Assembly (NCBI GenBank): GCA_951406725.2
Contig: OX597824.1
Coordinates: 86,738,001 to 86,802,000, forward strand
Origin: Octopus vulgaris
Taxonomy: Eukaryota
Length of the DNA stretch: 64,000 bases
Reading direction: 5' to 3'
The notes below the pieces were generated by a model. It was not told where the DNA came from. It made no database searches and saw nothing but the letters and a program-made list of their open reading frames with translations. The translations under genes were made by a program, and so were the position numbers. Positions 49,883 to 61,372 of this stretch are shown piece after piece; positions within the stretch are counted from its first letter, which is position 1; every line of letters begins with the position of its first letter.

Positions 49883-50078
49883 CCTTCCATAAAATAAATT
49901 AATTTACTCTGCTATGTATTGAGTACCTTATTTACCGTGGTTAACCCCGACTCAACCCGGGACCTACATATATATATATATATATATATATATAAATCAT
50001 GTGTCTTTAATTACAATTTCAGCTAATAGAATAAACAATTATCTTATTCTTGAATTTCTGTTCTTTCTGTATTTCAAG

Positions 50079-50147
50079 TCTGCATTTGGCAACGCCACCA
50101 CGGATTCCGATACCAAATATCTGACTTGTAATGAAATTGGAACTGGT
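50079..50147 (+). CDS. CLN3: Battenin exon 5 (SAFGNATT…CNEIGTG)
   Basis: Phase 0-0, GTAAGT donor, conserved CN..xT; NAT sequon in the luminal loop. Confidence 0.88.
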
Positions 50148-51215
50148 GTAAGTCATTCTATTTTTTTCAAATTTTTGTTACCAACACATCATCATCATCA
50201 TCATCATCATTATCGTTTTTTTCATGTTTGCATGGGTCAGACAGATTTCATAGAGGTAGATTTTTCTGTGGTTGGATGCCCTTACTGTCCCCAACTCTCA
50301 CTATTTTGCAAGCTAAGTTAATATTCGTGCTTGTCCTTTGAACACAAGAAACAGAAGGCCAGACATGTTTTCATGGCAAATTGCAAATGAACAACACACC
50401 TTGTATGATGGTGACATTTGTTTACAATTAGAATGCAATGCCAAGACAGGAATGCATGTGCGTGCACGACAGGCTTCTTTCAGTTTCTGTCTACCAAATC
50501 CACTCACAAGGCTTTGATCGGCCCGAGGCTATAGTAGAAGACACCTGCCCAATGTGCCACGTAGTGGGACTGAACCCGGAACCATGTGGCTGGGAGGCAA
50601 GCTACACTGCACCTATTTATTTATTTGTTTTTTTTCCATCTGCAGTCTTCCATGAAATTATTTCCAGCCACTGAATAAACTATGTTTCTCTTTACCATTT
50701 GATAAATAATAGAATGTAAAAAGCAAGATGGCTTGATGGCAGAATCATTAGCACACCAGGCGAAATGGCGAGCGGTATTTCATCTGCCGCTACGTTCTGA
50801 GTTCAAATTCCGCCAAGGTCGACTTTGCCTTTCATCCTTTCGGGCTGATTAAATAAGTAACAGTTACACACTGGGGTCGATATAATCAACTTAATCCATT
50901 TGTCTGTCCTTGTTTGTCCCCTCTATGTTTAGCCCCTTGTGGGTAGTAAAGAAATAGGTATTTCAACTGTCTTTACATTCTGAGTTTTAATTCTGCCGAG
51001 GTCAACTTTGCCTTTCATCCTTTCGGGATCAATAAATTAAGTACCAGTTGCATATTGAGGTTGATTTAATCGACTACCCCCCCCCCCAATTTCAGGCCTT
51101 GTGCCTAGAGTAGAAATGAAAAGAATGTACAAACCCATCTGAAGAATCTGACAATCACAGATTTGTAAGGGACAGGAAATTCATAGTGACATCTATATTT
51201 CCTTTATTTATGTAG

Positions 51216-51295
51216 GCTATCCTGCTTGCTGATATTCTTCCGGCACTGTTGATAAAATTATCTTCACCACTCTACATCCAGAAACTGTCTTACAA
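51216..51295 (+). CDS. CLN3: Battenin exon 6
   Basis: AILLADILPALLIKLSSP hallmark; 80 nt. Confidence 0.95.
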
Positions 51296-52162
51296 GTAAG
51301 TTATTCTTTTACCATTTTCTTCAGTATCAAATATCGATGTATTTTTGTCTCACAGTTAGGCAAGACGACATGTCACGATTTGCTGCTCTGTTCAGTAAAT
51401 CAGTCACAATTAAGTTTTTTTTCCAACTGGCCCCTGTGCTGGTGGCACGTAAAAGGGCACCATTCAAATGTAATCGTTACCAACGTCGCCTTACTGGCAC
51501 CTGTGCCGGTGGTATGTGTAAAAAGATTCGAGCGAGGTCATTGCCAGTACTGTCTGACTGGCCCCGTGCCAGTGGCACGTAAAAAGCACTGACTACACTC
51601 TCGGAGTGGTTGGCGTTAGGAAGGGCATCCAGCTGTAGAAACCTTGCCAGATCAGATTGGAGCCTGGTACGGCCGTCTGGTTCACCAGCCCTCAGTCAAA
51701 ATCGTCCAGCCCATGCTAGCATGGAAAGCGGACGTTAAATGATGATGATGATGTGTGCTTTTGTAGAGTTCATTACAAACCTGATAAAAGAGCAAAACTT
51801 AGAAGCAAAATGTGATGGAAAATTTATTTATTTCTTGTTTCAGTCATTGGACAGCGGTCATGCTGGGGCACTGCTTTGACGAGTTTTAATCAAACAAATC
51901 AACCACAGTACTTATGTTGATCAATGTTGCCAAACTGTTAAATTACATAGATGTAAACAAACCAACACTAGTAGTCACACTCATATATATATATATATAT
52001 CTTGTTTCAGTCATTAGACTGCGACCATGCTGGGGCACTGGCTTGAAGTTTTAGTCGAATGAATTTACCCTAGTATTTATATTTTAAGCCTGGTACTTAT
52101 TCTATCAATTTCTTTTGCTGAACTGCTAAGTTACAGGGACATAAATGCACCAACATATATAC

Positions 52163-52206
<44 letters not shown>

Positions 52207-52634
52207 ATAACAAAGGTAAGTTCAAGTGATCAGCCCAAAGTTATAGTAGAAGACACTTACTCAAGGTGCCATGCAGTAGGACTGAACCTGGTACTATATA
52301 GTTGGGAAGCAAGGTTCTTTACCTCACGACCACTCCTGCGCCTTGTATATATATATACACACTCACATACAACACACACATGCACACAACAGGCTTCTTT
52401 CAGTTTCTGCCAACCAAATCCATTCAAAAGGCTTTGTTGGCTGTGTGGGGTTATAGTAGAAGACAATTGCCTAAGGTGCCATACCTCGGCGTAATTTGAA
52501 CTCAGAATGTAACGACAGACGAAATACCGCTAAGCATTTCGTCCAGCGTGCTAACGTTTCCGCCAGCTTGCCACCTCATTAACATATTAATTAACAGCTA
52601 CATTTAACGGTATTTTTTTTTCTTACTATTTCAG

Positions 52635-52720
52635 CTTAAAGGTGACAGTAATCATCGCTACAACTACACTCAGTTTCATACTAGTTTCAGTAGCTTCAAA
52701 TGTTGTCTTCAGTATTATTG
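52635..52720 (+). CDS. CLN3: Battenin exon 7
   Basis: 86 nt, phase 2-1, hydrophobic (…SFILVSVA…SII). Confidence 0.9.
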
Positions 52721-52844
52721 GTAATTATTGATTTTTTAAAAATATTCTTCTCAATACCATATTTGCTTGTATATTCAGTCATATTATTCAAATAACTTCT
52801 TTACTGCTTTCCTCAAATTTCTGCTTTCTGAAACTAACTACCAT

Positions 52845-53320
52845 TACCGTAAATCCTCGAGTGTAACCCGCATTTTTCCCCAGATTTTAAAGGTCAAAAT
52901 CCCTAGTGTGTACTATATACGAGGTTAAAAATGAAAAGTATTTTCTAACAATGTCCGAGTCTCTATTTGCTGTCCGGCAATGTTTATTCGGACGCATTTT
53001 GTGATGCCAGGCGCAAAAATACCTTAAGCTAAGCCTGAAAGCAATGAAGTCATAAAAGAATCATCCATAACTTGCAGTAAGCAACATTTATTAAAATAAA
53101 AGTTTTCAGAACACAGAATAACATGTAACAAAAACAATTTGCAAACATATTTACATTCCCATATAACAGTTAAGAACATCACCGTTATTGTATTACGTAT
53201 GCGCGGAAGTGTTTGTTCGACTAGGTGCTGCTGGCTTAATTATGCATGACTCAAGTTAGAGAAGGGGTGTGTATTCTACACAAGGTTTAGGTTTCTCAGA
53301 GGTACAACCCCCTAAAAATC
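52845..53320. mobile_element. Tigger/pogo-type non-autonomous element (partial)
   Basis: Starts TA-CCGTAAATCCTCGAGT; the other end is not found before the satellite. Confidence 0.5.
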
Positions 53321-53389
53321 CCCTGTTTATTGGCTAGATACTTTTTTTTAAACCAACAGTGTGAAGCGCCTTTGCAGGTTTCATGAAAA

Positions 53390-54858
53390 AAGCACCCATG
53401 CCAGTGGCACATGTAAAGCACCCATGCCAGTGCCACATGTAAAGCACCCATGCCAGTGCCACATGTAAAGCATCCGTGCCAGTGCCACATGTAAAGCACC
53501 CATGCCAGTGACACATGTAAAGCACCCATGCCAGTACCACATGTAAAGCACCCATGCCAGTGCCACATGTAAAGCACCCATGCCAGTGACACATGCAAGG
53601 CACCCTTGCCAGTATCACTTGTAAAGCACCCATGCCAGTGTCACTTGTAAAGCACCCATGCTAGTGCCACATGTAAAGCACTCATGCTAATGCCACATGT
53701 AAAACACCCGTGCCAGTGCCACGTGTAAAGCACCCATGCCAGTGCCACATGTAAAGCACCCATGCCAGTGCCACATGTAAAGCATCCGTGCCAGTGCCAC
53801 ATGTAAAGCACCCATGCCAGTGCCACATGTAAATCACTCATGCCAATTCCACATATAAAGCACCCATGCCAGTGCCACATGTAAATCACTCATGCCAGTG
53901 CCACGTGTAAAGCACCCATGCCAGTCCCACATGTAAAGCACCCATGCCAGTGCCACATGTAAAGCACCCATGCCAGTCCCACATATAAAGCACCCATGCC
54001 AGTGCCACATGTAAATCACTCATGCCAGTGCCACGTGTAAAGCACCCATGCCAGTCCCACATGTAAAGCACCCATGCCAGTGCCACATGTAAAGCACCCA
54101 TGCCAGTGCCACATGTAAAGCACCCATGCCAGTCCCACATGTAAAGCACCCATGCCAGTGCCACATGTAAAGCACTCATGCCAATTCCACGTATAAAGCA
54201 CCCATGCCAGTGCCACATGTAAAGCACCCATGCCAGTTCCACATGTAAATCACCCATGCCAGTTCCACATGTAAATCACCCATGCCAGTTCCACATATAA
54301 AGCACCCATGCCGGTGCCACATGTAAATCACTCATGCCAGTGCCACGTGTAAAGCACTCATGCCAGTGCCACATGTAAAGCACCCATGCCAGTGCCACAT
54401 GTAAAGCACCCATGCCGGTGCCACATGTAAATCACTCATGCCAGTGCCACATGTAAGGCACCCATGCCAGTGCCACATGTAAAGCACCCATGCCAGTGCC
54501 ACATGTAAAGCACCCATGCCAGTGCCACATGTAAATCACTCATGCCAGTGCCACATGTAAGGCACCCATGCCAGTCCCACATGTAAAGCACCCATGCCAG
54601 TGCCACATGTAAGGCACTCATGCCAATTCCACATATAAAGCACCCATGCGAGTGCCACATGTAAAGCATCCATGCCAGTGCCACATGTAAAGCATCCATG
54701 CCAGTGCCACATGTAAAGCACCCATGCGAGTGCCACATGTAAGGCACCCATGCCAGTGCCACATGTAAAGCACTCATGCCAATTCCACATATAAAGCACC
54801 CATGCGAGTGCCACATGTAAAGCACCCATGCGAGTGCCACATGTAAGGCACCCATGCC
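53390..54858. repeat. 26-bp minisatellite (AAAGCACCCATGCCAGTGCCACATGT)n, roughly 55 copies
   Basis: Directly visible; continues into the (GAT)n-family retroposon body at ~54915-55065. Confidence 0.95.
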
Positions 54859-55594
54859 TGTTCCTTGTATCATGTGCCGGTGCACATATAAAGCACTTGT
54901 GTCAGTGTCATCTAAAGAGCACCCAGTACACACTGCAAAGTGGTTGGCATTAGGAAGGGCATCCAACCATAGAAACCATATCAAGAGAGACAATTGTAGC
55001 CTGGGTAGCTCTCCGGTTGACCAGCTCCTGTCAAACCATCCAACCCATGCCAGCATAGAAAAGAGACTTTGAATGATGCTAGTGATGAACTGTGTGTATA
55101 AATACATATTGAAGACTCCTAATAAGTTTTACACAGAAGCCATTGTGAACCCTGTGAAACAGTGCTTCTATTTGCATGAACATTCTTTTTTCCAAAAACA
55201 CCTAAAAGCTCAACTAGGCTCCGGCAGGGGGTGGTGGCGACCCCTCTTGTACTCTTTCACCACAACTTTCTTTCACTCTCTCTTCCTGTTTCCTGAGTAA
55301 CCCTGTGATGGACTGACGTCCCGTCCGGCTGGGGGGGAACACATACGCCACAGAAACTGGGAAACCGGACCCATGAGCTTGGTTAGGCTTGAAAAGGGAG
55401 CTAGGTTCTTAACTGCACTGATGGAAGATGTCCATGGTCTTTCCTTTAGAGATTGTACTGTCAGGCTTCACTATTGAATGTGCTTTAGAAACTTGAAAGA
55501 ATTCTTCAGAGTTGTTTCAAATTTGTGTGTACAATACAAAAGTATGAAACTCAAAAATAATCTTTATATAATAATAGGACAGTGGCTACTATAT

Positions 55595-55956
55595 ATGTAA
55601 GGTATACTAGCCATCTCAATATGGCTAACCACTAAGGGTGGGTGTTACTGTAGCTTTTAGCCCCAGGAGATCATCGTCTCCAGCTGGCTTTAGGCACACT
55701 TTCTGTGCTCTTATGATATTTGCAAAGGGAGGTCATCCCTCTCTCATAAACCTAAGTGATACTCACGGACTGCTGTTTCTAGTCCGTGTGTATCTCTTAG
55801 GTTTACGAGAGAGGGATGACCTCCTTTGCAAATATCATAAGAGCAAAGAAAGTGTGCCTAAAGCCAGCTGGAGACGATGATCTCCTGGGGCTAAAAGCTA
55901 CAGTAACACCCACCCTTAGTGGTTAGCCATATTGAGATGGCTAGTATACCTGACAT
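55595..55956. repeat. ~360-bp near-perfect palindrome
   Basis: Arms of ~175 bp with few mismatches and a loop near 55772-55780. Confidence 0.95.
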
Positions 55957-56039
55957 TGTCGTGCAGTTACTGTTTACATCTCGTTCAGAGATTTATTATT
56001 GCTGGCTACTATATAATTATATATTTTGTTTTTGGACAG

Positions 56040-56112
56040 GTGTTTGTTTTGCCAGCTTCAGCTCTGGATTAGGAGAAGTTACATTCCTGAGTTTAACTTC
56101 ATTTTTTCACAA
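56040..56112 (+). CDS. CLN3: Battenin exon 8
   Basis: GVCFASFSSGLGEVTFLSLT hallmark; 73 nt. Confidence 0.95.
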
Positions 56113-57069
56113 GTAAGTATTCATGAAATCTGATTCTGTGCTCACTGGAGAATGAGAGAAAAGAGAAAGAGGTATGGAATTGTCATTAGGAGAGGTTCTT
56201 CAGCATATAAAACGATAAACGTCGCCCATTTCAATCCTAGCCAGGCTCATGGGCCCGGTTTCCTGGTTTCTGTGGCATATGTGTTCCCCCCAGCTGGATG
56301 GGACACCAGTCCATCGCAGAGTTACTCAAGAAACAGGAAGAAAGAGTGAGAGAAAGTTGGGGCGAAAGAGTACAACAGGGATCGCCGCCACCCCCCACCG
56401 GAGCCTTGTGTTGCTTTTAGGTGTTTTCGCTCAATAAACACACAACGCCCAGTCTGGGAATCGAAACTGCGATTCTCCGACCGCGAGTCCGCTGCCTTAA
56501 CCACTGGGCCATTGCGCCAGGATCCAATCTGAACTGGCACGGTTTCTACAGCTGGATGCCCTTCCTAACACCAACCATTCTACCTATCTCAATGTATCAG
56601 ATTTCAATATTTACCTGGTGCAGATGTGGCTGTGTATTTAAGTTTGCTTCCCAAATACAATAGTTTAGGGTTCAGTCCCACTGCATGGCATATTGGGCAA
56701 CTGTCTTCTATTATAACTCAGAGCCAACCAAAGCTTTGTGAGTGGATTTGGTAAACAGAAACTGAAAAAAAAACCCATTTTGTGTGCGTGTGTGTGTGTG
56801 TCTCCTTGTCTTGACATCACATGATCATTGTAAATGAATGTCGTTTATTTCCAATATTCTGTGAAAACATGTCTAACCATGGGGAAATATTACCTTGCTT
56901 GGAAGCAGGTGAAGGTTGGCAACAGGAAGGGCACCCAGCTGTAGAAAATGTTTTTCAATAAACTCTGTCCAACCCATCCAAGCATGGAAAAGTTGAACGT
57001 TCAGATGATGATAATGATATTGGTTATAGCTTAATCTTAATTCAACATCTATCTTTAAGAAAAATCACA

Positions 57070-57198
57070 TTCCAGTTACTTTGTCCTATTTTTACTGTAA
57101 TTTTTTCCAGTTACTTTGTCCTATTTTTACTGTAATTTTTTCCAGTTACTTTGTCCTATTTTTACTGTAATTGTTTCCAGTTACTTTGTCATGTTGCA
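57070..57198 (+). repeat. 35-bp tandem repeat (4 AG sites), copy of the exon-10 acceptor array
   Basis: TTCCAGTTACTTTGTCCTATTTTTACTGTAATT(T/G)T units. Confidence 0.9.
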
Positions 57199-57294
57199 TT
57201 TAAATTTCTTTTTTTTTTCTGTTCAAATTTTAATTGTCATGGCTTTTGTATTTAATGCAGTAATATTTTTTCATATTTCGTTTATGCTTTCCAG

Positions 57295-57438
57295 AAATGT
57301 TGTCTCAACATGGTCCTCTGGAACTGGAGGGGCTGGAATTTTTGGTGCTCTCTCTTATGCAGGACTCACCATGCTTAATCTCTCCCCTCGTCACACGATT
57401 CTGGTAATGCTTGTCATTCCTGTCATTTTTGCATTCAG
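57295..57438 (+). CDS. CLN3: Battenin exon 9
   Basis: WSSGTGGAGIFGALSYAGLT hallmark; 144 nt. Confidence 0.95.
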
Positions 57439-59218
57439 GTAAGTCTCTCTTTTCTCTAGACCCCTGTCTAGGGATCACATTTGAATCCCGGTTAACATTA
57501 AAAATAATCCTTTATTACTGATAGTAAAAAACCTATGAAGTCAAAAAGTAAATGCATAAGGCAGGGAGCTGGCAGAAACGTTTGCATGCCGGGCGAAATG
57601 CTTAGCGGTATTTCGTCTGCCGTTACGTTCTGAGTTCAAATTCCACCGAGGTCGACTTTGCCTTTCATCCTTTCGGGGTCGATAAATTAAGTGCTTGTTA
57701 TGCACTGGAGTTGATATAATCGACTTAATCCGTGTGTTGTCCTTGCTTGTCCTCTCTGTGTTTAGCCCCTTGTGGGTAGTAAAGAAATAAGAAGCAAATG
57801 CATGTCTTGTCATAATCATTGTCATCCCATAATTGCGTGTGGCTGTGTGGGTGAGTGAGAGGTGATTGAGTGATGAGCAAGGATAAGTTGAATCATTAAT
57901 AATTGCAACTACACTATTTATTCACATTTAGTAATAGCTGAGGACTATACTATTGATTTTTTTTTTTTTTTTTAAGTGCCACCTTGACTGGCTTCTGTGC
58001 TGGTGGCACATAAAAAGCACCAATCAATCATGGCCGCTGCCAGCCTCCCCTGGCACCTGTGCTGATGGCACGTAAAAAGCACCCACTACACTCACGGAGT
58101 TGTTGGCATTAGGAAGGGCATCCAGCTGTAGAAACACTGCCAGATCAGATTGGAGCCTGGCGCAGCCTCCTGGTTTCCCAGACCCCGGTCAAACCGTCAA
58201 ACCCATGCTAGCACGGAAAACAGACGTTAAACGATGATGATGATGACCACAGGAGGATTAAAGGCAAAGTAAATTCTGACTGGGTTTAACCCTTCTGTAA
58301 CCATGTTTCTAAAGAAATTCATTCCCCTCCTCTCTGTTAGGAGGGCACAAGCACTTTCTTATACATGTACCCACACAATGAGAACTTCTACTCAATCACA
58401 AGGCTTTGGTAAGCCCAAGGCTATATCAGAGGACACTTGCCCAAGGTGCCATGCAATGGGACTGAACCCAGAACCATGTGGTTGGGAGCATAAATGAGAA
58501 ATGATTTAGTAAAATAACTGACTTATTTATTATTTAGCTGATGTTTGGAACACAATTAACTAAAGATTCTTACAATGGATAGTTATCATTTAAATACAAA
58601 CACTTTAAAATAAGTAGGCGCAGGAGTGGCTGTGTGGTAAGTAGCTTGCTTACCAACTACATCGTTCCAGGTTCAGTCCCACTGTGTGGCACCTTGGGCA
58701 AGTGACTTCTACTATAGCCTCAGGCCAACCAAAGCCTTGTGAGTGGATTTGGTAGACGGAAACTGAAAAGAAGCCCGTCATATATATGGATATATATACA
58801 TGTGTGTGTGTGTTTGTGTCTGTTTGTCCCCCCAACATCGGCTTGACAACCGATGCTGGTGTGTTTACATCCATGAAATGTAGCGGTTCGGCAAAAGAGA
58901 CCGATAGAATAAGTACTAGGCTTACAAAGAATAAGTCCTTGGGTCGATTTGCTCGACTAAAGGTGGTGCTCCAGCATGGCTGCAGTCAAATGACTGAAAC
59001 AAGTAAAAAAAAAATTTTTAAAAAAAAAGGTTTTCTATCATGAAACCAGAGGCATTTTCAGGTGAGTTGGTGCCAAACACATTAAATTTAAAATATAGAA
59101 GGACTCAACTAAATACTGAAGAGCATTCAGTCTGGCGCTCGATTGGTTTTTGGTTGATTCACTGCCCTCAAATATTGTAATATTAATTGTTAATCTAAAT
59201 ATGGTAAACTAAATCTGT

Positions 59219-59604
59219 ATTTTTACTGTAATTGTTTCCAGTTACTTTGTCCTATTTTTACTGTAATTGTTTCCAGTTACTTTGTCCTATTTTTACTGCA
59301 ATTGTTTCCAGTTACTTTGTCCTGTTTTTACTGCAATTGTTTCCAGTTACTTTGTCCTGTTTTTACTGTAATTGTTTCCAGTTACTTTGTCCTATTTTTA
59401 CTGTAATTGATTCCAGTTACTTTGTCCTATTTTTACTGTAATTGTTTCCAGTTACTTTGTCCTATTTTTACTGTAATTGTTTCCAGTTACTTTGTCCTGT
59501 TTTTACTGCAATTGTTTCCAGTTACTTTGTCCTATTTTTACTGTAATTCTTTCCAGTTACTTTATCCTATTTTTCACTGTAATTCTTTCCAGTTACTTTG
59601 TCCT
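59219..59604 (+). repeat. 35-bp tandem array (11 AG sites) spanning the exon-10 acceptor
   Basis: AG sites end at 59241, 59276, 59311, 59346, 59381, 59416, 59451, 59486, 59521, 59556 and 59592. Confidence 0.95.
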
Positions 59605-59669
59605 GTTGCAAAAGCCTCCAGTTTTACAAACAATTGGTACTGATATTCCCCACGGTATGCTACTAAACT
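59593..59669 (+). CDS. CLN3: Battenin exon 10 (SYFVLLQKPP…); 3' end uncertain
   Basis: Continues AF-S-YFVLL as in CLN3 'SYFLLL'. Best donor is GTAAGT at 59670; alternatives at 59637 and 59655. Confidence 0.8.
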
Positions 59670-59696
59670 GTAAGTAATTATTAATGATTAATTAAA

Positions 59697-59882
59697 TACT
59701 GTATATGATGGCATATAAGACCCCCCCCCCACCACCAAAATAAAATATCTCAAAAACTCACACCGTGGTCCTAAATGCACAGTTGAGCTTTCCATAACCT
59801 AATTTCATCCTTGGTGCACTTTTTTCCTAAATGTGCACTGCTAAAATTGGGCTGCATCGAATATATGCCATCAGATACGGTA
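59697..59882. mobile_element. Tc1/pogo-type MITE
   Basis: TIRs TACTGTATATGATGGCATATA / TATATGCCATCAGATACGGTA. Confidence 0.75.
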
Positions 59883-60489
59883 ACTTAAATTATTTGTTAA
59901 AAAAACTGTTTATAACAACTTACTACAATATAATGGTGAAGGTGCGTGGCTTAGTGGTTAGGGGCATTCGGCTCACGATTGTAAGGTCGTGAGTTCAATT
60001 CCCAGCGACGCACTGTGTCCTTGAGCAAGACACTTTATTTCACGTTGCTCCAGTCCACTCAGCTGGCAAAAATGAGTTGTACCTGTATTTGAAGGGGCCA
60101 GCCTTGTCACACTCTGTGTCATGCTGAATCTCCCTGTGAACTACGTTAGGGGTATGCACGTCTGTGGAATACTCAGCCACTTGCACGTTAATTTCATGAG
60201 CAAGCTGTTCTGTTGATTGTGTCAGCTGGGACCCTCATCGTCGTAACCGACGGAGTGCTCCTACAATATAATGGTATTGTTTGTTTACTCTTTACTCTTT
60301 TACTTGTTTCAGTCATTTGACTGCGGCCATGCTGGAGCACCGCCTTTAGTCGAGCAAATCGACCCCGGGACTTATTCTTTGTAAGCCCAGTACTTATTCT
60401 ATCAGTCTCTTTTGCCGAACCGCTAAGTGACGGGGACGTAAACACACCAGCATCGGTTGTCAAGCAATGCTAGGGGGACAACCACAGAT

Positions 60490-60522
<33 letters not shown>

Positions 60523-61072
60523 CGACAGGCTTCTTTCAGTTTCCGTCTACCAAATCCACTCACAAGGCATTGGTCGGCCCGAGGCTATAGCAGAAGACAC
60601 TTGCCTAAGATGCCACGCAGTGGGACTGAACCCGGAACCATGTGGTTGGTTAGCAAGCTACTTACCACACAGCCACTCCTGCACCTGTTCACAAAAAAAT
60701 AAAATGAGAATGATGAACTTGGTACACAATGTGATGTTGATTGGTTTAAATTGAATAAAAGACAGTTAAATAGTTGACTAGAAATAAGACACAAATGGCC
60801 TTGGTTAGTAGATACAAATCGGACAATCCTATTAGAATTATTTTATAATAAAAGATAATCAAAGGTAGCATCATTATCATTTTTTCATTTGGTTTTACCA
60901 CAATGACATAGGTGGAGACACGTAGCTTAATGGTTAGGGTGTCAGCATCATGATCGTATATATATATGATAGAAGGGTAAAATTTATTAATCAAATTAAT
61001 TAATTAATTAATCAATTAACAATTTTACCAAGTAGATTGGTAAAATAACCTTTATAGGTAAAACTATCACAT

Positions 61073-61243
61073 AATTATAATTAGGTTCAGCTAACTGCTT
61101 CACCACATACCGAAATTGGAAAAGGGAGTTAAAAATTCCCTTTCTACTACTATAAGATTCTTATACTAGTAGAAAGGGAATTTTTAACTCCCTTTTCTAA
61201 TTTCGGTATGTGGTGAAGCAGTTAGCTGAACCCTAATTATAAT
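61073..61243. repeat. Fold-back palindrome, probably Penelope-derived
   Basis: ~85-bp arms centred at ~61158, embedded in (TA)n. Confidence 0.8.
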
Positions 61244-61245
61244 TT

Positions 61246-61292
<47 letters not shown>

Positions 61293-61319
61293 TAACACCA
61301 ATATTCTTTCTGTTTCCAG

Positions 61320-61372
61320 CAACACCTCCGAGATTGATGCTTAATACAAGAGAAAAACTCATCAGAATTGGG
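61320..61372 (+). CDS. CLN3: Battenin exon 11 (…LNTREKLIRIG)
   Basis: ttccag acceptor; phase 1-0 fits both neighbours; resembles the CLN3 'LSxxEK/R' segment. Confidence 0.75.

Noticed and set aside
53296-55107. His/Cys/Trp-rich repetitive proteins or a CRISPR-like array
   Set aside because: Head-to-tail 26-bp satellite without unique spacers, antisense in a CLN3 intron; eukaryotic context with no cas genes.
59219-59604. CRISPR array (35-bp period)
   Set aside because: No spacers; the units are duplicated intron/exon junction sequence.
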